Shown here: positions 44,174 through 55,036 of the stretch, piece by piece
How positions within the stretch are numbered: position 1 is the stretch's first letter
Layout: the number at the start of each line of letters is the position of its first letter
NCBI GenBank assembly: GCA_964019335.1
Contig: OZ025711.1
Location: forward strand, 372,001-436,000
Source: Diplonema japonicum
Lineage: Eukaryota; Protista; Euglenozoa: Diplonemea
Reading direction: 5' to 3'
Length of the DNA stretch: 64,000 bases
Position numbers and translations under genes: made by a program
The notes under the pieces: generated by a model
What the model saw: only the letters and a program-made list of their open reading frames with translations
What the model was told of the DNA's origin: nothing
Databases searched by the model: none

Positions 44174-47100
44174 TCAATAGTTTGATAAAGGATCCGACAT
44201 TGCAAGAAGAAGTCCAGATATAGCAGGAAGTCCCCGCTCCTCAGCGAGTTGAAAAGGTGTGAGGTTGTGCGAGTCAACGGCGGAGAGGTTGGTACCTGAG
44301 GCCAGCAGGCAGACGAAGTGTATGCCCTCCTCAGAATACTCATACTGGCTCTTAAGGGCCACATAATGGAGGGGGAGGCGTCCTTCCAAGTCGGGAATGT
44401 TCTTGTTGGCGTTGTTGTTGAGAAGGCTGACGGCTGTCTTGATTGCGCAGGACTCAATGGCGATGTGGAGGGCTGTCTTCCCATTCTGTTCCAACTGGTC
44501 CACGTCAATGCCAAACCCTGAGCACAAGATATCAACATAGTTCGACCTGTCATGAGCGGCTGCTGTGTGCAAGGGGGTGAAATCCGAGAATGGTTCTGCA
44601 AAGTACAATCGTTCCCCGTTCACGATGTGCCTCGCACCGCACTGCAGCAACACCATGACATCGTCTAAATACTCCACGGGAGGCCTCCCCTCCGTGTCGC
44701 TCCACTTTCGACGGAGCAGCAAGTCCAACCCATTCCGTTCAGCACCAAGCTCTAAAAGCCTCTCCACAATCAACGGGGCTGCCTCCAAACGGATCAGCGG
44801 CTTCTCCAATGAAAGAATCTCCTTCAAACACCATGTCAGCTGTTCATTTACATCAGTCTCATTCGCCATCGTTCTTGCAAGCACAACTCTCTTGGCAAGG
44901 TGGATAAGCTGGTCAAGGGCCTCTATCGCCACTTCAGGCCGAGCGATCTCCGACTTTATATACAGCTCAAACTCCTCCAAGGCTGTGATACCCCTCAAAA
45001 ATAACTCGTCGCCATATTCTTCCTGTTCCTTCTCCACCATCCACGATGTTTCCAAAGGGGTCATCCATGACATCACCCTTGGTGCCCTGCTGTACTTTTC
45101 TATAAACCTTGCGGTGTGATTCTTCAACACCACGCTTAAAAGAGGCGAGAGCTGCTCCGAGGGTTGCAAGGAGACACCCATAGGCCTGTACCCTACCCAT
45201 TTCACAACGCCTTCTTTGATGCCGTGAAGCGTTGCAGGCATCGTCCCAGCGAGCATCGGGTGCTTCAAAGGTGTGGGAAGAGACATCAAGGCACTGTCGA
45301 TAAAGGGGATTAGGCATTTCACCTCATGGTGGAGCCATCCGCGAAGTTCATATACACCCTTGGCCTTGAAAGATTTTCTTTCGGAGAGCACCTTCCACTC
45401 TCCTTTAACGTACTTTGTGGTGAACTCTTCTTCGCCTACTACGCCTGTAACTTGCGAGAACACTACAGGGTCTTTATGGGTGTGGGATGCGTACCAGGTT
45501 TTCGGGTCTTCCGTAGTATATTCCCCGCTGGCCTGAGTGGAGTCTATGTTGACTGTTGCGCAGAGGAAGCCTCTAAAGGAGTGTTCCAAGGTACTATTCA
45601 TGACAGTGTTGATTTGGTGGTTAAGGGGGCTTGAAAGCCTCGTCAGCTTGCTACCGGCACCGGTTTCCTCGTCGATGAAGTAAGGAATCCCAGAGAGAGA
45701 CAGCAAGTACTTTGAACCGTTGTATTCCAGCCGCTGCAGTTGCAGCTTGCCCCGAACGGCAGCTGTCGTGAAGGGACCGTTGCTTTCTGTGACCGACAGC
45801 AATGCTGTGCTGTCGATCCCTTCCGCAGGGATGCCTTCTTCCAGTATAGTCTCCAGTTTAGAGCTTAAATGGTGCGAGATGTCAACGTTGTTCTCCATCC
45901 CATCGCATTCTTCTAAAAGCTGCTTCGTTGCGTTGTTCAAGATGGGGGAGCACACCCAACCATCTACCTCCAGCCGTTCTTCCGGTCTGCGCGACCACAC
46001 AAACTCCAACAGATTCGATGGGATCTCGCATCGCTTCCCCGGTTCCGGTACCCACGCGACTGCTGTCTTTAGCAGTTCGCTCTCTGCGTTGGAGTATCTG
46101 AACAAGTATACCAACGAGTCCGTCGTCAAGAAGCTCAGCCCTGCAACAGATGGCATTTCTTCGTCCATTAAGATTTGCCCTTGGATTCCTGCCTCGCCCC
46201 TTCCTTCCATTTCTTGAGCGAAGGATCTTGGGACTTCCTTAAAGAGCGTGCCGTCATTCCATGTCGCCTCAAGATCAGCCCAGCACTCGAGTAACACCCA
46301 GTCGTGCTCCATCCACACACCCCACACCACCTCTTCTACCAGTTCGCATGTCATGAGGTACAGTGGCGCTATGAAACTTGTGGCCTCGTCTTCACGGGTC
46401 CTGAGGAATGTTTCGAAGTCGTGCTTCACAGTGTCGATCTGGGTTTCTCTCCATAAGAAACCCTTTGGTGTGTTCCACTTCTTCAACCTATCTATTTCAC
46501 TCATAATGTCCCCTGATGCTTTGCTCGGCACGTCCGCAGCAGGCGGGTACGGAACAGGTTTGCTTAGGCAGTACGCAGACTGCGCAGCCCACTTCACAGC
46601 AGCAGAAGCAACGTGCGGGTCTAGCTTTTGTAAACCTTTCAGCATTGAGTCCACGGCGTTGGTGGTGCCCCCGTAGCATAGCTTGACGATTTGCATTGTT
46701 AAAGCCTTGCTGCCTGGAACGGACCGAGAGGCTGATGCGAGACTGTGCCGGGATAGAGAGTAATGCTTCGACTTCTTAACCACCGGAGATGTGAGACGCG
46801 GAGCCGCGCTCAACGACATCACCAAGATGTCCAGTTTCGGGTTTGGCAGGATGATGCTTTCTCCTGCAGCTTCAGGCCGCGGGTAAGGGTGCCACATCGA
46901 AGAATGCTTGTCCACAAGAGCGAACATGGCAGAGGAGGCGGAGCTCTTCTCAAGGAACGACGACAGCACGGCGACCCTATACACCGCGTGCTTGGAGTTG
47001 TTGGTGCTGTCGACAAGCAGCGTCAGGCCGGGACCTTCGGTTAATTTCCAGTGGACGACATCAGTGTCATCCTTACGGATCTTGCAGTCGTAGAGAAGCC

Positions 47101-48382
47101 CGGTGAATGTCTTTGAGATGACCCCCCTGTTGTTGTAGGCACCGATGGGGAGGAAGTCCATTAGGGCGGCGTACTCCCGCGGGTGCTGTTGGACGTGCTC
47201 GACGGGGTGCGTCTCGACACCGTTGACTGTTAACGTGAATGAGCTGTCATTGATCCGCCAGTTGAGGACATTCCACGCCCCGTTGCAGATATCGGCCTTG
47301 CATGTCGAACAGTGTTCCCTGCCAGCCGCGTCACGCACGGACATCATGACGGTGTTTGGCTCATATTCCTCCATTTCGTTGGTGTTCAGAAGCAGTTTGA
47401 TATGCTGGTGTTTCTTTTGTGAATCGGTGACACCTAGGACTGCCATTTGTTCCGATGAATTTGAACATAAGCTTATGGCCACTTCGAAGTTGTTGAAGTC
47501 CGTTATGCCCAGCGTGCCGCCAGTCACGTAACCGTCGCCAGCCAGCTCCAGGACGGTGTCGGGGAATGTGCAGGTATCGCCCCATCCCACGTTGTGCAAG
47601 GTTGCTGGGGTGGACCTCCTGTCTATGAGGTTGTGCAGCATGGTGCCTTCACCTTCATCGCAGGAATACTTTGCGATGACGCCTGTGCCGCGTGGGGTGG
47701 CGCCCCACAGACGGAGCTCGGAGATGCTGCCTTTGAACATGTTTTGAAAGGGGCTGTCAGTGCTGTGCTGTCTCCGGAGGAGCGGTGCTCCAATGGCCAT
47801 CACTTCAGGCCCCCTGCTCGAACGGGAACGGATAACGGGCTGGATTTGCCGCAGGGTGAGGTTCTGCCGCACACCGTCGATTTTCAAAAGGAGCTTCGGT
47901 TGCCATTCCACGTGGATGGAGTGCCATTGACCGTCGTTGATCGCTCGGGTCGATGTTGCTTGGCTCCCGCATCCACCGCGTTCGACACCTTCCTCCGTGT
48001 TGAGAAACAGTTTGCCATCGGCCGCGGTTACTGATAGTTTTATGTATTCGAACAAACAGTCAATTAAGCTCATGGTGTCCGTAGAGGTGAACACCACCCA
48101 AAAGTCTGCCTGCAAAGTGTCGCAAGACTGGTCCAAGGCGTCGCTTCTTGGGATTTCCACGTGGCTGTCTTTCCCGTTGAACATTAAGCAGCTCCCTTTC
48201 ACTCTCCTTCCCGACCTTTGATTCACCACTTCAGGGCTCAGCACCTGCGGCCTCAGTCTTGTTTCCTTCACTGTTGGTTCCTTTGGTGGGCGTGGGAGGT
48301 ACGGCATCTCGCATTGCTTTTGCATCAGCGCCTCCACCTTCTTTTCTAACTCTTCCGCTATCAGGCTTAGCCTTTGCACCAT
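44174..48382 (-). CDS. Large protein with two LamG/ConA-like domains and C-terminal ankyrin repeats
   Basis: LMFNGKDSHVEI, INDGQWHSI, FKGSISELRLW, second copy ICNGAWN..FTGLLYDCKI. Ankyrin TPLHTAA, GKTALHIA, GRLPLHY, TPFQLA. Confidence 0.75.
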   Translation of the reverse strand: MVQRLSLIAEELEKKVEALMQKQCEMPYLPRPPKEPTVKETRLRPQVLSPEVVNQRSGRRVKGSCLMFNGKDSHVEIPRSDALDQSCDTLQADFWVVFTSTDTMSLIDCLFEYIKLSVTAADGKLFLNTEEGVERGGCGSQATSTRAINDGQWHSIHVEWQPKLLLKIDGVRQNLTLRQIQPVIRSRSSRGPEVMAIGAPLLRRQHSTDSPFQNMFKGSISELRLWGATPRGTGVIAKYSCDEGEGTMLHNLIDRRSTPATLHNVGWGDTCTFPDTVLELAGDGYVTGGTLGITDFNNFEVAISLCSNSSEQMAVLGVTDSQKKHQHIKLLLNTNEMEEYEPNTVMMSVRDAAGREHCSTCKADICNGAWNVLNWRINDSSFTLTVNGVETHPVEHVQQHPREYAALMDFLPIGAYNNRGVISKTFTGLLYDCKIRKDDTDVVHWKLTEGPGLTLLVDSTNNSKHAVYRVAVLSSFLEKSSASSAMFALVDKHSSMWHPYPRPEAAGESIILPNPKLDILVMSLSAAPRLTSPVVKKSKHYSLSRHSLASASRSVPGSKALTMQIVKLCYGGTTNAVDSMLKGLQKLDPHVASAAVKWAAQSAYCLSKPVPYPPAADVPSKASGDIMSEIDRLKKWNTPKGFLWRETQIDTVKHDFETFLRTREDEATSFIAPLYLMTCELVEEVVWGVWMEHDWVLLECWADLEATWNDGTLFKEVPRSFAQEMEGRGEAGIQGQILMDEEMPSVAGLSFLTTDSLVYLFRYSNAESELLKTAVAWVPEPGKRCEIPSNLLEFVWSRRPEERLEVDGWVCSPILNNATKQLLEECDGMENNVDISHHLSSKLETILEEGIPAEGIDSTALLSVTESNGPFTTAAVRGKLQLQRLEYNGSKYLLSLSGIPYFIDEETGAGSKLTRLSSPLNHQINTVMNSTLEHSFRGFLCATVNIDSTQASGEYTTEDPKTWYASHTHKDPVVFSQVTGVVGEEEFTTKYVKGEWKVLSERKSFKAKGVYELRGWLHHEVKCLIPFIDSALMSLPTPLKHPMLAGTMPATLHGIKEGVVKWVGYRPMGVSLQPSEQLSPLLSVVLKNHTARFIEKYSRAPRVMSWMTPLETSWMVEKEQEEYGDELFLRGITALEEFELYIKSEIARPEVAIEALDQLIHLAKRVVLARTMANETDVNEQLTWCLKEILSLEKPLIRLEAAPLIVERLLELGAERNGLDLLLRRKWSDTEGRPPVEYLDDVMVLLQCGARHIVNGERLYFAEPFSDFTPLHTAAAHDRSNYVDILCSGFGIDVDQLEQNGKTALHIAIESCAIKTAVSLLNNNANKNIPDLEGRLPLHYVALKSQYEYSEEGIHFVCLLASGTNLSAVDSHNLTPFQLAEERGLPAISGLLLAMSDPLSNY

Positions 48383-48883
48383 TTTTTTCTTTTTTTTTAC
48401 CTCCCCCCCCTTTTTTTTTAAAAAAATACAATTTTTTATATTTCGAAGGAAACAAAAAAAAAAGAATAAAGAAAGGAACAAACCGGAGGGGAACAAAAGA
48501 AAGTGTATGGCGGCTTTGGTGGAAGGGAGCGAGGGATATGAGAAAACATAATGTGTTTTTTTTTTTTTTGGTTTGTTCTCTTTTCTTTCCGAGTTGGAAC
48601 GGGGGGGGGGGGGGGGTATATTTATACTTTCCGCTAAGTGGGCGGACTCTATATTTCTTCTTCTTTAAAGGAGAGAAAAGAAGAGAAAAACAAAATAGAG
48701 TGTGACGACTGGCAAATAAAAAAAGGGGGCAAAAGGAATAGGCAAGTAGCAAGCAAACACACATCAAGTCAAGCTCTCGTTAATTCTTTTTTAAATTCTA
48801 AGATTCTATTTATTAAAAAAAAAACCCCCCTTCCCCCGATCTTTTGTTGTTGATGTTGTTCTCATCATTTTCCCCCTCTTCCG

Positions 48884-51800
48884 CTAGAAAGAGACAAAAA
48901 TCGGGCAACTGGGATATATCTGAGTTTGTAAAACATTTCTAAGGATTGAAATGTTACAGGTCGCAGCGTCTAGCAGCTCGTCGGGGCTAGGAGTCTTGCT
49001 GTAGTTGCAATGCTTGCAAGTACTTACTCGTGTGGCTACTTCTTTCTTAGAGAGCGTGCCGAGAATCTGGTGCACAAAGCCACCAAGTGCCACACATGCT
49101 ACAGACACCTTGATGTCGGCCTTAGCCCACCCGAGCAACTGCGATGTCGGCTGCTGGCCTTTGTTGAAGAGCCTTCCCTTTAATCCGGTGAGCTTTGCCC
49201 CGCAGTTCTGTATTTATTTTATTTTATTTTTTTGGCCTTTTTTCTTTTATACCTTAGTCGCCAGCCCATCCAGCAGCCTCAAATACCTCTGTGTGCAGTC
49301 CAACACTCGTTTGTCCTTCGCATCCCACTCACTTGACCCCATTACACTGCACCCCACAATCAGTAGGGCAACTATATCTACTCCCGTTGTGTCTGGCCCG
49401 GGGCCGACCCGCAACACCTCCTCCACAACCGACAGCAGATCAAGGAGGGACGCGCCATGGGCGTCATGCAGCTTATACTGCAGCAATACCTATAATTACA
49501 GTGTTCGTTTCTTTTTTTTTTTTTTGTGGACCATACCAACAAAAGAGAAGTGTAACGCTTCTGCTGGCAAATATCGACGAGGTCAGCCAGAGCGGTGTCT
49601 GTAGGAGGCATGACCAGGTTGGTGAAGGCCTGCGATAAAAGATGTTCCGGGTTAGCATGCGGGCGGTGGATCAGCCCTGATGAAGCCGCCTGCAAAACGT
49701 GCGCCAGCAAAGGCGAGGCGTCAGTCGGTGCTAGAAGCATGGCTGCGGAAGAAAAGATGGAGAGGCTCAGCTCCTGGGGTGCGGAGGCGGCGAAAGCAAG
49801 AACAGCCGATGTGATCAGCGAAAGGACACGGGGAAGCGAGGTGGCCGCTTCTTCTGCTATCACCCCCATGCACGTGGACAACTGATCGTCATGCCCAGCG
49901 AAAGGCAGCACCGCCCTTGTTGTCACCACTGTTTTCGCGAGAACCTCCGCACTGCGAACAGACAGACACGACAACACCGTGGCAATGAACTGCCTTGCCA
50001 TCCCGCCCGATCCGTACTTCTCCGACAACGGGAGCAAGCAATGCTGGACCAACGACACATGGTGGTCCAAGGGCAGCATCCATGCCTGCCCATTTTCTGG
50101 TGATTGTATAACACAAAACAGTAATAACCGCAGGTCAGAGGCAAAGTGTGCCGCGCCGCCTTCCACAGCTGCCCTTGGGTTGTTCAGCAGGATCCTTGTC
50201 ACAAGACCCGCCGATTCAACGACAGCTTCTGCAACACCGCTGCCGCCATGACCCTCGCGCAGGCTTTGCGACAGCGACAATTTTTGAATCGTATCCTGTG
50301 TGCAGTATTTCCACAGAGAGTGCCACGTGCCCTTTGTATGTTCGCAGATCCACGCCCATGACCTCGACATGTCGTTCTCCTCCATCACAGGGAGGGCGTG
50401 CACCAGCTCTCTGACACGTCCGCCGAACAACAGCACATCAATGGCAAGAGGCAGCAACAGGTTGGCAAAGTCTTCCTTTGTCTCTTGTGTTTCATCAGCC
50501 AGGAACCCCCAGTCAAGCCTGCTCAGGCAATTCATCACATCCACTTTGCTTCTATCATCCAGTTTGGTGATGTCGCAGGTGTCACTCAACACAGCCAAGT
50601 CGCGATGGAACGTTCCATGGAACCAAGGGAGAGCCTCGATGAAGGCCTCGCGTAAGTCTTGCGGGAGGAGCAGCGCAGCATCAACGCACCTGTTGACAAC
50701 AGCACCTTCCGCTGAGAGGGAGAGCACGGTGATGGATTGAGCAGCCTCGACTAGGGGGGAACTGGCCCTGCCACGGTCACCGGCTTCCGACAGTCGGGTT
50801 ATTAGGGACATAAAGAAAGTCATAGCAAGGTCCCAGACTCGTTCTTCTTGGGGGCTGCTCATAAGTGCATTTTCGACATCGCTAGCTATCTCTAGCCAAG
50901 CGTGATGGGCGCGGTTGCTTGAAGAGAAGTTGAAGTTGGAGAGTTCTTCAATGAGAACAGCGAGAAGCTCGCCCACGGCCTCAGTTGCCCGGACGCCCAC
51001 GATGCTCATGAGGTACTTTGTCTCTGGGAGACCTCTGACCATGAGCCTCACCACACGCAGCATTCCTTCATACGACTGGACTAGACCGGCCGCAAAGGTC
51101 CTACTCACCCTGCGCAGGCCTTGGTGCGGAACGGTGCACTCCAGGCACTTGAAAAGATCAGCTTCCAAGTAAGGAGGCTGTTCTCCATCAAAACAGGCTG
51201 GACCCCCGATGATGCTTTCGATGATGTGCAACAGTTCGCCATGGTTGTCTGTGACAGCAGTCAGCATGAGGTGGATGACCTTTGCCTTGGTGGGGGGTGA
51301 CATTTTGATCTTCTTCACAAGCGACACGAAACTGCGTTCGATCGAGGTTTGCAAGATACGACGGGCACCGCTTACCAGACTGCGATTCGTCTTGCACTTA
51401 TTGACGAACGAGGCGTGGAAGGGCGTGGCACTGGACTGGTACACAGGCGAAAGGGATGCTTCCTCGAAGATACTGGCTAGATGGTTCCTTGGAAGCTCCG
51501 AGGGCGGTGCTATTGTAGCTAGTTTTACTACGTTGGTGAGGAGGTGTTGAATGTCGATGTTCGTGGAGCACTTCAAAGCCGAACGGTACGTGTCATAGCA
51601 GACCCCAAGGAGCTGTACCCAGCTTAGCCAAGACCATGTCGCTTGCTTGACGATTTCATGCTCTGCGAGGAATTCTAAAAGGTTTTTGCAGAATGCGAGT
51701 TTTCTCTCCACATCCAGGTCCGTAGCCACTGTAACAACACCTTCGATCAGATCGGCAAGCTCTTCGGTTTCCGTAGTGCCCTCGTACTCGGCCCTCTCGT

Positions 51801-54402
51801 TGACCATCCTTGCGATTTTTTCCCCTACCCCAGCTTCGCTGTACCCTCCCTCCATGGTGAACGCGTCTTCCATCAGTCGTACGGCGGTGCCCTCCATCAT
51901 CAGCCCTCGGCACCCTTTGTCGTAAACTGCTTGTATCCGCTCTCTCAGCAGCGGCAACACACCTCTCCCATACCCCTCGTCAGGGGTACCGTCGTTGAGA
52001 TGCTCCTTCACCATCTCGCATATTTGTGTCCAGTTGCGGTAGCCTTGCGCAATGGCACTCAAATCCTTCGCATTAGGGATCGCAGGGGAGTCGTTGAAGA
52101 ACGGAAGGGATCTCAACTCATCGGTCGTGATGCCAAGAGGGACGCTAAGGGGGGACGGGGTCTCGTCCCGCAGGGGGCTGTAGAGAAGCGGCAACCCAAG
52201 GCCGGTGAAGATCTCCCTCCGAAGGGTTTCGACAACATGCGACATGGAGACACTTCTCGTGTGCAAAATAAGGTTTGTGTCGAAAACAGCACACGCGTGG
52301 AACATAGCGGAGAGGTGGGGGGAGGTGGCAGTCTGGGCGCATTGGAGCCACAGGGAACTGACCTCTTTTTCCAAGACCCGCACCTCGCCTCCATCGACCG
52401 CCGCAGACCAACCTTCGTCGAGGAAATACTGCCACAAGACCAAACCGTAGCTGGGCATCAAGTTCGCAATGAGCTGAATGCATGAAAGAGAAAATTGGAT
52501 AGAGTCAGCGTCGCTTGGGTCGAGCCTGTTCAGCAACAAGACACCCCCGAAGAGAAGTTGTCCCGCAGAGAGATAAGTGTATATTCTGTCTGTCTCGATC
52601 CAGCTACCAACGTGATCCACAAGACGGATGAGGGCCTTCATGGCCGCATTGTCATACGTCCCACAGAGGAAGTAACACGACAGCGCGAGGTCTATTAAGT
52701 CGACGATGTCTGGAGAGGTGAATACAAATTTGGAACAGGTGTTTATGAGGTGTTTCGTGATGTTTTTGTTGGCCTTTGTGTGGGTGTAGATGGCCATCGC
52801 GACTTCGGTTCGAGGGGATGTCACCAGAACGGTTTTCAGGCATTCTTCCCATTTCGAAACCTTGTCGGTGCTGTATTCAGCCTCGCTGTCCACCCTCGCC
52901 AGCGCACTGCAAATATCTAAAAATGTTTCGAAGTCATTGTCTAATTCTGAAATCGACTCGTAGAACCGATCGACGTCGCCGGACAGTCGTGACGCGACGA
53001 GGAGCTCAACAGGTACACCGCTGACCTTGTCGTCATCAACCTCATCGAAAAGAGTTGAGTTCGCAGCGCAGGCCCCCACCAACGCAAGAGAACCAAGGTT
53101 CTCGTCGCATATCTCTCCGAGCCGCAGCAACGACGCGGTCTTGCATTCTTTAGAAGCGGTCCCCCACACCTTGGAACACAGGAAATCCCTGATGATGCAC
53201 CCTGGAGGCACGGTGTGTTCGGTCGGTCTGGAAAGAAGCTCCCCAATAACCGACAAAACCATTGAAGCAAGCTTCTCGACAGCGTCGGACGAACCATCAG
53301 GGAGCTCGTTGGAGAAGCACAGCGATAGCAACAAGGATAGGTTGTGCCCCAATGCGATGTACTCCTCGGTGAAGATCACTACTGTGTACGGGTTGTGCAT
53401 GCTGCATATGCGGAGAGACTCGATAAGTTCTCGCTTCACGCTTGAAGACCGTTGCGCTGCCTCTGTGCAGAATCTCACGATAAGCCCCTGTCGTTCCTTG
53501 CTGGCCTTGTCCCCCGACAGTGCGAGGCTCACGATCAACCCGTGCAAAAAGGGACGCCTCAAACCGGAGATAAACTTTAAATGCGGGTTCTCCGATTCTT
53601 GCAATCCTTTCAAAAAACCCCGCGTTACCTCGATGTCATGGCTCGGCCATTCCACCGCAGGCGGTGTAGTGTCACGGTTGGGGTCGGCCAACAACGAAAT
53701 CGCCAGTAACGGGTTGACCAAGTCGAAGGTGTTTTCAACACCAGAGCAGTTGAGAACCGTGGACAACGGAACGACGAGCTCGGGGATGTACGGGAGGATG
53801 GACGTGAAGTCCGTGGAGGGGGCGGCCCAAACTGTTTTCAAAACGGGGAGTTGTTTCGTCAAGGAGTTGCTCAGCTCCCCGTCGAACGTTTCAAACGAAA
53901 AATTCTCCGGCGAGATAACATGGTGCAGGGTGTTGTGGAAGATCACCATGTCCAGCAAAAGCCTGTCTGACTCTTCACAGGAATAATCTTTGTCGTTCCA
54001 ATGAATCTCGGCTTTTACTTTTTTAAACAGAAGCGCGAGGTATGTGACAATGGTGCTCGCTGGCTGGGAAGCAGGGTAGCTAGATTGCAGGCCCCAACAT
54101 TTCTCCAGCAGCGTGAAGAGAGCAAGAGGTTCGGTGAGGAAAAGTTGTGTGTTTTCAACCAACATAGCGTTCAGCCTAGTGCAGATAGCTCGTCTTATCC
54201 AAACGAGTTGCCTGACATCGATGACTTGAGCCTCTCTAGGCACACAGCTTTCTATCAGATCTGTGGTTTCCCCTGTTTGTATCAACCCCATTAACACCCC
54301 GTTCCCCTTCTCGTGCACCACCCCCGCGCTGTTCACCACAAGTTCGTCATATTCAACCAGCCCCATTAGCAAATCGCACATTTCATCAATTAGTTGAGTC
54401 AT
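48884..54402 (-). CDS. Large helical-solenoid protein, possibly a divergent EPG5-like autophagy tether, 3 exons
   Basis: About 1800 aa, Leu-rich. Introns 49490-49536 and 49208-49252 restore frame. The EPG5 resemblance (LPW, LDW, C-terminal L..IYP) is weak and by eye only. Confidence 0.55.
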
Positions 54403-55036
54403 TTTCTTTTTTCGTTCAGATTTCTTGTTTTTTTCTTTTTTTTTTCTTGTTAACTTTTCTTTTTTTGCGTGTTGCCGTCGATTTTCTTTTTTCTTAGTTG
54501 TGTGTATTATACTCTCATTTTCTTTTTCTTTTTTTCTCCTTATGTTTTTGTTGGGGAAAAAAAACCCCCCGTTTGCCTGTTTTGTGTGATGTACTTTCTC
54601 CTGAAAAGACAAAGAAGACAAGAAGGAAAATCTTCTGGGGAAGGGGCACTAAGTATGGGAAAAAAAAAAGAATTGCAGTAAAAAAGAGGGGGCGAGGGCC
54701 GGGGAGAACACATGGAAAGGGGAAATCTAGGGAGAGGGGAACAATGGAACTGGGGGGGGGAGGAGATTTCGATGCCTTTTTTTTCTCTTTTTTCTCTCTT
54801 TTTTTTTCTTCTTCTCCCTCTTCTACAGACACTATTAAAAAGACCTCCCTCCCTCAGCCAGGCGATTTTTCCCCCCCTCTTTTTTTTTTTTTTTTTTTTC
54901 AAGCAATGGGAACGGGTGGCACATTGGGGAAAAACTCAAAGAAAAAAAAAAAAAAGTCTTCTATTCGAAGACGCAAGGAAAAAAAAAAAAAAAAGAAAAA
55001 AAAAAAAAAAACTAATCCCCCACATCGTTTCACATC

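Noticed and set aside
44011-44601. N-terminal extension of the histidine-phosphatase ORF overlapping the ankyrin gene
   Set aside because: It runs through homopolymer spacer and an alternate frame of the upstream gene; MAAELEK at 44010 is the plausible start.
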